NCBI GenBank assembly: GCA_041665305.1
Contig: JBAYJD010000008.1
Location: 9,209-73,208, forward strand
Direction of reading: 5' to 3'
Source of the DNA: Elusimicrobiales bacterium
GTDB taxonomy: Bacteria; Elusimicrobiota; Elusimicrobia; Elusimicrobiales; UBA9959
Length of the DNA: 64,000 nt
The notes under the pieces are model-generated. The model saw nothing but the letters and a program-made list of their open reading frames with translations. It searched no databases and was not told where the DNA came from. The translations under genes and the position numbers were made by a program. Each line of letters starts with the position of its first letter. The stretch's first letter is position 1. Positions 29,596-38,226 of the stretch are shown here, one piece after another.

Positions 29596-29648
29596 CGGAG
29601 CAATCCTTCCTGACGGACCTGAAGATAATCACAAAGATAGTCTGTTAA
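29591..29648 (+). repeat. right copy of the direct repeat, a remnant alternative 3' end of the sugar-transferase gene
   Basis: Read in the transferase frame it gives IAEQSFLTDLKIITKIVC-stop, against IAEQSFLTDIKIIIRTFGKIVG-stop at the intact gene end. Confidence 0.85.
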
Positions 29649-29801
29649 TTCATAATTTATGCCGGACAGACTTCGCCGGGCGGATGGGTCTTTCGGTCCT
29701 TTCCGGGTTCCCCTTTGGCCTCATGCGGCCATTCACGGCATTAGCTATACTATTACCATGCTTCAGGCGGTTACTCACATGAAAATAGAGGGGGAACTTC
29801 T

Positions 29802-31712
29802 ATGAAACTTCTTGCTTTTGCTAAAAAACGGATACGCTATCTTTCGTGCCTACTGGACGCGGGGATCGTGATCTTCTCCTACGGCGCCGCTTTTTTGCTG
29901 CGGTTCGGGCCTCACGCGCCTGGACTCCAGGTGGATCTGTTCTTTAAAACTTTCTTAATGATCATCGCCGTCAATCTGCTGTCGTTCGGATATTTCGGCC
30001 TGTATCGCAGCATCTGGCGCTATACGGGGATGAACGACCTGTTCGCCGTTATCAAGGCCGTGGTCACGGGCAATCTGCTGGCGTCGGCGTTCGTGCTGTT
30101 TTTCTGGCGCGAGGGCTTTTCCCGCTCCATCCTTATCATAGCGCCGCTGCTGACGCTGCTCCTGGTCGGCGGCAAAAAATTCCTTGTAAGGGAATTCCTG
30201 AACAGGCGCGTCAAACAGCCGGCGCCCGGCCGGTCGAAAGTTTTTATTTTCGGCGCGGGCGACCTCGGCGAAAGCGTGCTGCGGGAGCTGCATAGGGCCT
30301 GGCCGCATAAATACAAGGTCGCGGGATTTCTTGACGATTCGTCCGACAAATGGGGCCGCGCGATCCACGGCATACCGATTCTCGGCGGCAGAGAGGAAAT
30401 GGTCAGGCTTATAGAGAAGCACGGCGTGGACGAGATCGTCATCGCCATAAGCCATTCGCGGGGGAGGATCCTCGGCGATCTGATGGAGATCTGCGACGCA
30501 GGAAAACTTAGAAAGAAAGTCCAGTTTAAAACCGTCCCCACGGTTTATGAGGCTTTGACCGGTTCCGGGCAGAGCAGGCACTCTTTGCGGAAAATAGAGC
30601 TGAGCGATCTGCTTCACCGCAGGCCCGTGCAGACCGACATGATGAAGGTGGCCGGGCTTATACAGGGCAGGACGGTCCTTGTTACGGGCGCGGGCGGCAC
30701 TATCGGCTCGGAATTGTCCAGGCAGATCATGAAGTTCAAGCCCAAAACCCTGCTTTTGCTGGAAAACCACAATACGGCGCTGTTTTATATCGAAAAAGAG
30801 CTTGCCGCCGCCACTGATTCCACCAAAGTGGTCCCGATAGCGGGAGATGTCAAGGACCGGAGTCTGCTGGAAAATGTGTTTTCCGCGTATAAGCCGGACC
30901 TTGTTTTTCACGCCGCCGCGCACAAGCATGTGCCGCTGATGGAGTCAAACCCGCAGGAAGCGGTCAAGAACAATACGCTCGCCACCCGCGGCCTGGTTGA
31001 GACGGCCATGGCCCACGGCACGGATAGGATGCTTTTTATCTCGACCGACAAGGCCGTCAGGCCGTCGAGCGTTATGGGGGTTTCCAAGCGCCTGAGCGAG
31101 ATGGTGATCTCTTCTCTGTCCGGCAAGTCCAAGACCAAGCTTATGTCGGTGCGGTTCGGCAATGTTCTGGGCAGTTCAGGCAGCGTGGTTAATATTTTTA
31201 GGGAACAGATAGCCAACGGCGGGCCGGTGACCATCACCCACCCCGACGCCACCCGGTACTTCATGACCACCCAGGAAGCCGTGCAGCTGGTGCTGCAGGC
31301 TTGCGCCCTGAGCGCGGGAGGCGAGGTGTTCGTTTTAAATATGGGAGAACCTGTCAAGGTCATGGATCTGGCCAAAAATGTCATAAGGCTGGCCGGTTTC
31401 GAGCCGGGCAGGGATATCGAGATCCGCTCCATCGGGCTGCGGCCGGGAGAAAAGCTGCATGAGGAATTGTTCCGCCCCACCGACATAAGGGGCGAAACGG
31501 GGCATCCGGATATTTTTATGGCCGTGCCGGAAGGCAGGCTGGTGTCGGACGCCGATATCGTGGAACTGAGAGCGCTTTGCCAGCTGCCGGACCCGGCGCC
31601 GCTGCTTGCCAAAGCCAAAGAGATGGTGCGTTCTTTTAACAGGCTTTTTAACAACGGCGCGGAATTGGAAGCTGATGAAGCCGAAACGGAAAGTTCCGAC
31701 GGGGGGAAATGA
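29802..31712 (+). CDS. membrane-anchored UDP-HexNAc 4,6-dehydratase (CapD/PglF/WbpM family)
   Basis: Four N-terminal TM helices. VTGAGGTIGSEL and FHAAAHKHVPLME hallmark. Confidence 0.9.
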   Translation: MKLLAFAKKRIRYLSCLLDAGIVIFSYGAAFLLRFGPHAPGLQVDLFFKTFLMIIAVNLLSFGYFGLYRSIWRYTGMNDLFAVIKAVVTGNLLASAFVLFFWREGFSRSILIIAPLLTLLLVGGKKFLVREFLNRRVKQPAPGRSKVFIFGAGDLGESVLRELHRAWPHKYKVAGFLDDSSDKWGRAIHGIPILGGREEMVRLIEKHGVDEIVIAISHSRGRILGDLMEICDAGKLRKKVQFKTVPTVYEALTGSGQSRHSLRKIELSDLLHRRPVQTDMMKVAGLIQGRTVLVTGAGGTIGSELSRQIMKFKPKTLLLLENHNTALFYIEKELAAATDSTKVVPIAGDVKDRSLLENVFSAYKPDLVFHAAAHKHVPLMESNPQEAVKNNTLATRGLVETAMAHGTDRMLFISTDKAVRPSSVMGVSKRLSEMVISSLSGKSKTKLMSVRFGNVLGSSGSVVNIFREQIANGGPVTITHPDATRYFMTTQEAVQLVLQACALSAGGEVFVLNMGEPVKVMDLAKNVIRLAGFEPGRDIEIRSIGLRPGEKLHEELFRPTDIRGETGHPDIFMAVPEGRLVSDADIVELRALCQLPDPAPLLAKAKEMVRSFNRLFNNGAELEADEAETESSDGGK

Positions 31713-32689
31713 TGAAAACGGGCGGAATTTTAATTGTGGGCGGCGCCGGGTATATCGGTTCCCATGTGAACAAGCTATTGAGCGAACAGGGCTTCCGTAC
31801 GGTGGTGTTCGATAATTTGTCCACTGGCTATAAGAAGCTTGTGAAATGGGGGGAATTCTATTTGGGCGACCTGGCCGATTTAAAGCGTATAAAGGCCTGT
31901 TTTAAAAAATACCGGCCCTCGGCGGTGATGCATTTCGGCGCGTGTATCTCGGTAGGCGAATCCGTGGAGGCCCCGGCGCTTTATTACCGCAACAATCTGG
32001 TCAACACTGTAAACCTTCTGGACGCCGCGCTGGAATACGGGGCGCCGCCTTTTGTTTTTTCCTCCACAGCCGCCGTTTACGGATATCCGAAGACCCCGAA
32101 GGTGACCGAGACCACGGCCCTTAACCCGATAAATCCATATGGCCGGACGAAGAAAATGGTGGAGGAGATCCTTGCCGATTACGACCGGGCTTACGGCCTG
32201 CGCAGCGTGCGGCTGCGCTATTTTAACGCCGCCGGCGCGGACCCGGACAGTGAGACCGGGTCTTTGCATCCTAAGGAAACCAATCTGATCCCGGTGGCCC
32301 TGGCCGCGGCGTCGGGCGAGAAAGCGGTGCGCGTATTCGGCGGGGACTATCCGACTCCGGACGGCACCTGCCTCAGGGATTATATCCATGTGTCGGATCT
32401 GGCCTCCGCGCATGTCCTGGCGCTTAAATATTTGCGCGGGGGCGGCAAAAGCGAGGTGTTTAATTTAGGCAACGGGAACGGTTTCAGCGTCAAGCAGGTG
32501 CTGGCGGCGGCTGAGAAGGTTATCGGAAAGTCCATTAAAGCCGTGCCGGCCCCCCGCAGGCCCGGAGATCCCGCCATTCTGGTGGCGGACGCCTCCAAAG
32601 CGTGCAAAGCGCTCGGCTGGCGCCCGGAACATCCGAAACTGGAAGATATAATAGAGACCGCCTGGCGCTGGCACAAAAAGAACCTTTAA
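31709..32689 (+). CDS. galE: UDP-glucose 4-epimerase
   Basis: GGAGYIGSH, PYGRTKKMVE (YxxxK), DGTCLRDYIHVSDLA. ATGA overlap with the upstream gene. Confidence 0.9.
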   Translation: MMKTGGILIVGGAGYIGSHVNKLLSEQGFRTVVFDNLSTGYKKLVKWGEFYLGDLADLKRIKACFKKYRPSAVMHFGACISVGESVEAPALYYRNNLVNTVNLLDAALEYGAPPFVFSSTAAVYGYPKTPKVTETTALNPINPYGRTKKMVEEILADYDRAYGLRSVRLRYFNAAGADPDSETGSLHPKETNLIPVALAAASGEKAVRVFGGDYPTPDGTCLRDYIHVSDLASAHVLALKYLRGGGKSEVFNLGNGNGFSVKQVLAAAEKVIGKSIKAVPAPRRPGDPAILVADASKACKALGWRPEHPKLEDIIETAWRWHKKNL

Positions 32690-32697
32690 AAAGGTCC

Positions 32698-32744
32698 AGG
32701 AGCCTGTCCGGCATAAGGAATTTTGGCTGCAATTGCCGTTTTTT
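32698..32744. repeat. half copy of the MITE-like element
   Basis: aggagcctgtccgGcataaggaattttggctgcaattgccgtttttt matches 546-592 with one visible mismatch. Lies between convergent galE and the dehydrogenase gene and overlaps the latter's stop codon. Confidence 0.8.
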
Positions 32745-34032
32745 ACAGCCGCCAGGTTTTTATGCCGGCTTTTTTCAGCGCCTGAACATCGTACATTCCC
32801 TTTACATCCACAAGCACGGGGTTTTTCCTGACCAACAGGCGGCGCAGCGCCCGCGCATCCATGGTCCTGTACTGGTCATGGGAGACGGCGGCTATCAGCG
32901 CGGCGGCCGGTTTCAGCTTGTTCAGGTCCACCAGCTTTACGCCGTACTCATGGGCAGCCTCGGCTTTGTCGGCCAGGGGATCGTGCACCTGCACGGTGAT
33001 CCCGTAGTCCTTAAGCTCGCGGATGATGTCATACACCTTGGAGTTGCGCAGATCGTTGCAATTCTCTTTAAAGGTGAGGCCCAGCACGGTAACCACGCTG
33101 TCCAGCACATTATGGCCGGACCGTACCATTTCTTTTACGGTCCGTTGCGCTATGAATTTGCCCATGCCGTCGTTGATCCTTCTGCCCGCGAGTATGACCT
33201 GGGGAATGTAGCCCAGCGATTCGGCTTTATGGGTGAGATAATACGGGTCCACGCCTATGCAATGTCCCCCGACAAGGCCGGGCTTGAATTTTAAAAAATT
33301 CCATTTGGTGCCCGCCGCCGCCAGCACTTCGCCGGTATCTATCCCCATATGGTCGAAAATTATGGCCAGTTCGTTCATAAAGGCTATGTTGATATCGCGC
33401 TGGGAGTTCTCTATGACCTTGGCCGCCTCGGCCACCTTGATGGAGGACGCTCTGTGCACGCCGGCGGTCACCACTTCGCCGTAGACCTCGGCGACCACCG
33501 CAAGCGACTCCGCGTCCATGCCGGACACGATCTTAAGTATTTTGGTGAAAGCGTGTTCCCTGTCGCCGGGGTTTATGCGCTCCGGGCTGTAGCCCACTTT
33601 AAAATCCCTGCCGCATTTCAGGCCGGATTCGCGCTCAAGGATCGGGACGCACACATCTTCGGTCACTCCGGGATAGACGGTGGATTCGTAGACCACAATG
33701 GCGCCTTTTCTCAGCGCTTTACCGGCCGTTTCGCTGGCCCGTATGACCGGGGTCAGGTCCGGGATGTTGGCTTTGTCCACCGGAGTGGGCACGGCGACGA
33801 TATGAAAATCAGCCCGGCTCAGTTCTTTGATGTCGCCGGTGTAATGGATGTCGGCCGCTTTCAGGTCCGCGGGCAAAACTTCTTCGGTGCGGTCAAAACC
33901 TTTTTTAAGTTCAGCGATCCTGTCGGGTTTTATGTCGAAGCCTATAGTTTTGCGCAGTTTGCCGAAAGCGACGGCCACGGGCAGCCCCACATAACCAAGG
34001 CCTATAACCGAAACGAACCGTTTGGTATTCAT
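32743..34032 (-). CDS. UDP-N-acetyl-hexosamine 6-dehydrogenase family (TviB/WbpO/Cap5O-like nucleotide-sugar dehydrogenase)
   Basis: GLGYVGLP Rossmann motif and catalytic-Cys context LVGGHCIGVDPYY. 429 aa. Confidence 0.85.
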   Translation of the reverse strand: MNTKRFVSVIGLGYVGLPVAVAFGKLRKTIGFDIKPDRIAELKKGFDRTEEVLPADLKAADIHYTGDIKELSRADFHIVAVPTPVDKANIPDLTPVIRASETAGKALRKGAIVVYESTVYPGVTEDVCVPILERESGLKCGRDFKVGYSPERINPGDREHAFTKILKIVSGMDAESLAVVAEVYGEVVTAGVHRASSIKVAEAAKVIENSQRDINIAFMNELAIIFDHMGIDTGEVLAAAGTKWNFLKFKPGLVGGHCIGVDPYYLTHKAESLGYIPQVILAGRRINDGMGKFIAQRTVKEMVRSGHNVLDSVVTVLGLTFKENCNDLRNSKVYDIIRELKDYGITVQVHDPLADKAEAAHEYGVKLVDLNKLKPAAALIAAVSHDQYRTMDARALRRLLVRKNPVLVDVKGMYDVQALKKAGIKTWRL

Positions 34033-34054
34033 AATGTTGTGTGCGATCCTTCGG

Positions 34055-34510
34055 TCATTTTTTGTGAGCCAATTCGAATTTTCTGTCGGCGGCCAGGTTC
34101 TTGATCTCCTGCGCGAAGGAGGGGTTCTCCGCCAGCACCTGGTCGAAATGGTCTCCCATCAGGACGAAGATCTTTGAGCTTTCTTCGCATGTCACCGTGG
34201 CGCTGCGGGGGGCGCGGTCCAAAAGCGCCATCTCGCCGAAGCAGTCCCCCGGCCCGAAATGCGCCAGGGTCCTTGAAAGAAAAAAGGCCTCCCGCACGCT
34301 TACTTTAAGCCTGCCTTCGCAGACCACAAAAAAAGTGTCGCCGGGCTCTCCCTGCCTGCACACCCTCTCCCCGCTGTCGTACTGGTAGAAGTTTATGCGG
34401 TTCAGGATCTTTTCCAGCAGTCCTATGTTCATGGCGGCGAAAAAATTTATTTTCTTCACCATTTTGGTGAACTGTATGGCGTCGGCGTCCGTAAGCGGCA
34501 GTTTTTTCAT
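34055..34510 (-). CDS. stand-alone cyclic-nucleotide-binding domain protein
   Basis: cNMP-binding beta-barrel motifs GEPGDTFFVVCEGRL and FGEMALLDRAPRSATV. No HTH follows. ATG at 34510 preferred over the longer ORF. Confidence 0.75.
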   Translation of the reverse strand: MKKLPLTDADAIQFTKMVKKINFFAAMNIGLLEKILNRINFYQYDSGERVCRQGEPGDTFFVVCEGRLKVSVREAFFLSRTLAHFGPGDCFGEMALLDRAPRSATVTCEESSKIFVLMGDHFDQVLAENPSFAQEIKNLAADRKFELAHKK

Positions 34511-34592
34511 TTTGCAGGCACCCCTTCTGAGCTTAATTATATCAAACTTTGAAATGCCTTCGTAAAAATGAGAATATATACGCTTACCGCCT

Positions 34593-37316
34593 ATGACAGA
34601 CCCCGCCATAAAACCGACTCTTGCCGTCAATCCTCACGGCCATCTTTACTGGGACGCTGCCGGAGGCGAGGAGGCCTGGCCGGACCCTTCGGCCGCGGCG
34701 CGCCTGGCGGAGGCTTTCGCTTCGGGAGCGCCGCAGGGGCTGCTGCATCTGGGTTCTCGGGAGCCGGAGACCCCGCTGCCTGCGGCCGCCGCATTCTGGA
34801 GGGAAATAAGCCGCCGCTGCCTTTCCGGTTTTTGCCGGACCGTTGTGGACGGCGCGGGCGGCCTGCCGCCTTGCGCGCCGGCGCCGCTGGAAGAGTTGCG
34901 CTCCTGGCTGGAACGGCTGCCCCCCGTCAAAGGCGGAGAGTATCTTACCGTGGAGGCGCTGGCGGGGATCTGGACCTCGCTCGACGCTCACGCGCGCGCC
35001 GGGGCCGCCGCGCATCCCGGCGGCCCCGCGGAATTTTTAAAAACCCTGGGTCCGGTCTGGCATACCGTGGGCCGGGTGGTCTTCCATCTAGCCGAGAACC
35101 GTAAAAATGAAAATTATCCGTTCGCTTTTCTTGCGACTTACGCCTCGGGGGTGTCGGGGCACGGCCGGGTGAGGTATCAGCCGCTGGCGGAGGCGCTGAA
35201 GGAATACGCCGGCGGGGGCAATAAAGCGGCGCTGCTGCGCCTGCTGGCTCCCGTGCACGCGGCGGCGGAAAAAAGCGCGGTCGCGCGCGAACTGCTGGAA
35301 ACCGGCGCGTTGTTCAAGCCTCTGGCCTGGAGCCCGTCCCAGGCTTACCGGTTTTTAAAAGACGCCTCCGTGATCTCCGAAGGCGGGGTGGTAGTGCGGC
35401 TGCCGGACTGGTGGCGCGGCGGCCGCGCGCCCCGGGCGCGGGTGGGCGTGCGCCTGGGCGACGCCGCGGGCGCGGGGCTGGGGCTGGGCGCGCTGCTGGA
35501 TTTTAAGCTTGAAAAAAGCCTGGACGGAGAGCCCCTGAGGGAGGCCGACTGGAAAACGCTGATGAGCTCGTCCGGCGGGCTGGTCCTGATCCGGGGCCGC
35601 TGGATCGAAGCCGACCCGGAAAAACTGAAAACGGCGCTTGAACACTGGGAGCGCGTAGGGAAGTCCGCGGACGGCGTGAGCCTGGCCGAAGCTATGCGTC
35701 TTCTTTCGGGCGCGGATCTCAACGGCGGCCCTGCGGACGGAGTTGAGGCCGCCGCGGTAAGGGAGTGGAGCGGGGTTAAAGCCGGCGGCTGGCTTGCGGC
35801 CGCGCTGGCCGGTCTCCGCGATCCCGGCAAGGCGGGGAAGCTTCCCGCGATGCCGGGGCTTGCGGCCGAATTGCGGCCTTACCAGAAAACCGGCGTCGCC
35901 TGGCTGCGTTTTATGACCGGGCTTGGCCTGGGCGCCTGCCTGGCCGACGATATGGGCCTGGGAAAAACGGTCCAGGTGCTGGCCCTCCTGCTGGCCCGCA
36001 AAGCGGAACAGCGCGCGGCCCCGCCCAGCCTGATCGTCGCGCCGGCCTCCCTGCTCGCGAATTGGCGTGCGGAAATTATGCGCTTCGCCCCTTCATTGAA
36101 GCACCGGATCCTGCATCCGTCGGAAATGGAGACGGACGAGTGGAAGGCTCTTCAAAAAGACGCCGGCGGGGCCGTGGCCGGTTACGATCTGGTCCTGACC
36201 ACCTACGGGCTGGTCGCAAGGCTTGAGAGCCTGCGCCGGGCGCGATGGGATGTTGTGGCGCTGGACGAAGCCCAGGCCGTCAAGAATTCCGCCGCGCGCC
36301 AGACCCGCGCCGTTAAGGAGCTTGCCTGCGCCCAGCGTCTTGTCCTGACAGGCACGCCGGTGGAGAACCGTCTGGGCGACCTGTGGTCCATTTTCGACTT
36401 TCTTAACCCCGGCCTGCTAGGGTCCGCCGCGCAATTCGGCCGGTTCATAAAGGCGGGGCCGCGGGACGGGAGCGGCCTGGGGGCGCTGCGCGCGCTGGCC
36501 AAGCCGTATATCCTGCGCCGGATGAAGACGGATAAAAGCGTGATAACGGACCTCCCGGAGAAGACGGAGGTGAAGGCTTATTGCGGGCTGGCGCCCAGGC
36601 AGGCCGCGCTTTATGAAGCCGCCGTGCGCGAGCTGGGGTCGCAGGTGAAAAATGCCGGAGGGGGGATACGGCGCCGCGGCCTGGTGCTGTCATATCTGAT
36701 GCGGTTGAAACAGATCTGCAACCACCCGTCGCATTGGCTGCGGGACGGGGGCTACGCGGAAGCCGAAAGCGGCAAATTCCAGCGGCTGCGGCTTATCGCC
36801 GAGGAGATCGCTTCCCGCCAGGAAAAGGCGCTGGTCTTCACGCAGTTCCGGGAACTGACCGGCCCGCTGCTGGAATTCCTTACCGGCCTGTTCGGGCGCC
36901 CGGGGCTGGCTCTGCACGGCGGAACGCCGGTAAGGGCCCGCAAAGGGCTGGTGGACGCCTTCCAGGCTGAGAACGGCCCGCCGTTCTTTGTGCTTACCTC
37001 CAAGGCCGGAGGTTCGGGGCTGAATCTGACGGAAGCGTCGCATGTGATCCACTTCGACCGCTGGTGGAACCCGGCGGTGGAGAACCAGGCCACGGACCGC
37101 GCCTTCCGGATCGGGCAGAAACGCAATGTGCTGGTGCATAAATTCGTCTGCCGGGGCACGCTTGAAGAGCGCATCGACGAGCTGATAGAAAGCAAGGCGC
37201 GGCTGGCGGACAGCGTGATAGGCGGGGGCGGGGAAACGATGCTGACCGAAATGAGCGACGCCGACCTGCTGAAATTCGTTTCGCTCGATCTCAACCGGGC
37301 CGCCGAGTCGCAATAA
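34593..37316 (+). CDS. SNF2-family helicase/ATPase with long N-terminal SNF2-associated region
   Basis: LRPYQ..GVAWL, LADDMGLGKT (motif I), LDEAQAVKN (II), LTGTPVENRL (III), helicase-C GGSGLNLTEASHVIHFDRWWNPAVENQATDRAFRIGQ. Confidence 0.9.
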   Translation: MTDPAIKPTLAVNPHGHLYWDAAGGEEAWPDPSAAARLAEAFASGAPQGLLHLGSREPETPLPAAAAFWREISRRCLSGFCRTVVDGAGGLPPCAPAPLEELRSWLERLPPVKGGEYLTVEALAGIWTSLDAHARAGAAAHPGGPAEFLKTLGPVWHTVGRVVFHLAENRKNENYPFAFLATYASGVSGHGRVRYQPLAEALKEYAGGGNKAALLRLLAPVHAAAEKSAVARELLETGALFKPLAWSPSQAYRFLKDASVISEGGVVVRLPDWWRGGRAPRARVGVRLGDAAGAGLGLGALLDFKLEKSLDGEPLREADWKTLMSSSGGLVLIRGRWIEADPEKLKTALEHWERVGKSADGVSLAEAMRLLSGADLNGGPADGVEAAAVREWSGVKAGGWLAAALAGLRDPGKAGKLPAMPGLAAELRPYQKTGVAWLRFMTGLGLGACLADDMGLGKTVQVLALLLARKAEQRAAPPSLIVAPASLLANWRAEIMRFAPSLKHRILHPSEMETDEWKALQKDAGGAVAGYDLVLTTYGLVARLESLRRARWDVVALDEAQAVKNSAARQTRAVKELACAQRLVLTGTPVENRLGDLWSIFDFLNPGLLGSAAQFGRFIKAGPRDGSGLGALRALAKPYILRRMKTDKSVITDLPEKTEVKAYCGLAPRQAALYEAAVRELGSQVKNAGGGIRRRGLVLSYLMRLKQICNHPSHWLRDGGYAEAESGKFQRLRLIAEEIASRQEKALVFTQFRELTGPLLEFLTGLFGRPGLALHGGTPVRARKGLVDAFQAENGPPFFVLTSKAGGSGLNLTEASHVIHFDRWWNPAVENQATDRAFRIGQKRNVLVHKFVCRGTLEERIDELIESKARLADSVIGGGGETMLTEMSDADLLKFVSLDLNRAAESQ

Positions 37317-37336
37317 CATCATACAGGAGAATTATC

Positions 37337-38206
37337 ATGGGCTGGGGTTATTCTAATTTTTACAAACCGTATGTGAGCGCGCAGGAGTGCCGCCGCCGCG
37401 CGGAAAAAGCGGCGGCTAAAATGATGAAGGGCGGGCGCGCTCTCTCCCCCGTAGGGCTGGAGGGGCAGGCCATCGCCCGGTCCTTCTGGGGAAAAGCGTG
37501 GTGCGCCAATCTGGAATCTTACGGCGATTATTCCAACAGAATGCCGCGCGGCCGCTCCTATGTGCGCAACGGCTCCGTCATCCACCTCGACATCCGGCGG
37601 GGGGAAGTGGAGGCTTTGGTCAGCGGCGCGTTTTTATACAAGGTAAAAGTGAAGATCGCGCCGGTAGAGCCGGGGCGGTGGCGGGCTTTGTGCCGGGAAT
37701 GCGCGGGCGGCATAAGTTCGCTGATGGACCTGCTGCGCGGGAAGCTGTCGGAGCGGGTGATGGGGATCATGACGCGCCGCGGCGTCGGCTTGTTCCCCTC
37801 GCCGAAAGAGATAAAACTTGCCTGCGATTGTCCGGACGGGGCGCGGATGTGCAAGCATGTGGCGGCGGCGCTTTACGGGGTGGGCGCGCGGCTCGATACG
37901 AAGCCGGAACTGTTGTTCCTGCTGCGCCATGTCAGCCATCAGGAACTGCTCGCTCATTCCGGCACCTTGTCGGATTTAACCGAAACGAAAACAGCTCCCG
38001 GGCACGCGACGCTGTCCGCGGCGGAAATAAACGAGGTTTTCGGCATCGAGATGGAAACCGGCGAAGCGACGGCTGGCGGCGCGCCGGAGGTCCCGCCGGC
38101 CGCCAGGCGGGCCCGCAAGACGGACGCAAAACCCGCGCGACGGAGACCGCCGGTTAAAAAAAGTTTAAAGCGGAAAAATAAGCCTGTCTCCAAACGGCGC
38201 CGGTGA
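37337..38206 (+). CDS. SWIM zinc-finger protein with basic C-terminal tail
   Basis: CDCPDGARMCKHVAAALYGV (CxC...CxH SWIM signature). Lys/Arg-rich tail. Immediately downstream of the SNF2 gene, a recurrent pairing. Confidence 0.85.
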   Translation: MGWGYSNFYKPYVSAQECRRRAEKAAAKMMKGGRALSPVGLEGQAIARSFWGKAWCANLESYGDYSNRMPRGRSYVRNGSVIHLDIRRGEVEALVSGAFLYKVKVKIAPVEPGRWRALCRECAGGISSLMDLLRGKLSERVMGIMTRRGVGLFPSPKEIKLACDCPDGARMCKHVAAALYGVGARLDTKPELLFLLRHVSHQELLAHSGTLSDLTETKTAPGHATLSAAEINEVFGIEMETGEATAGGAPEVPPAARRARKTDAKPARRRPPVKKSLKRKNKPVSKRRR

Positions 38207-38226
38207 GACGCCCCGCTTGCGGGCCT

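Noticed and set aside
29955-30929. Long antisense or alternative-frame ORFs inside GC-rich genes (for example 29955-30929, 41947-42969, 36690-37322, 34584-35015, 28513-29226, 24867-25532, 33349-34104, 8183-8911)
   Set aside because: Each overlaps a gene with strong family motifs on the other strand or frame. Their compositions are Arg/Gly/Pro-biased, as expected for open shadow frames in high-GC DNA.
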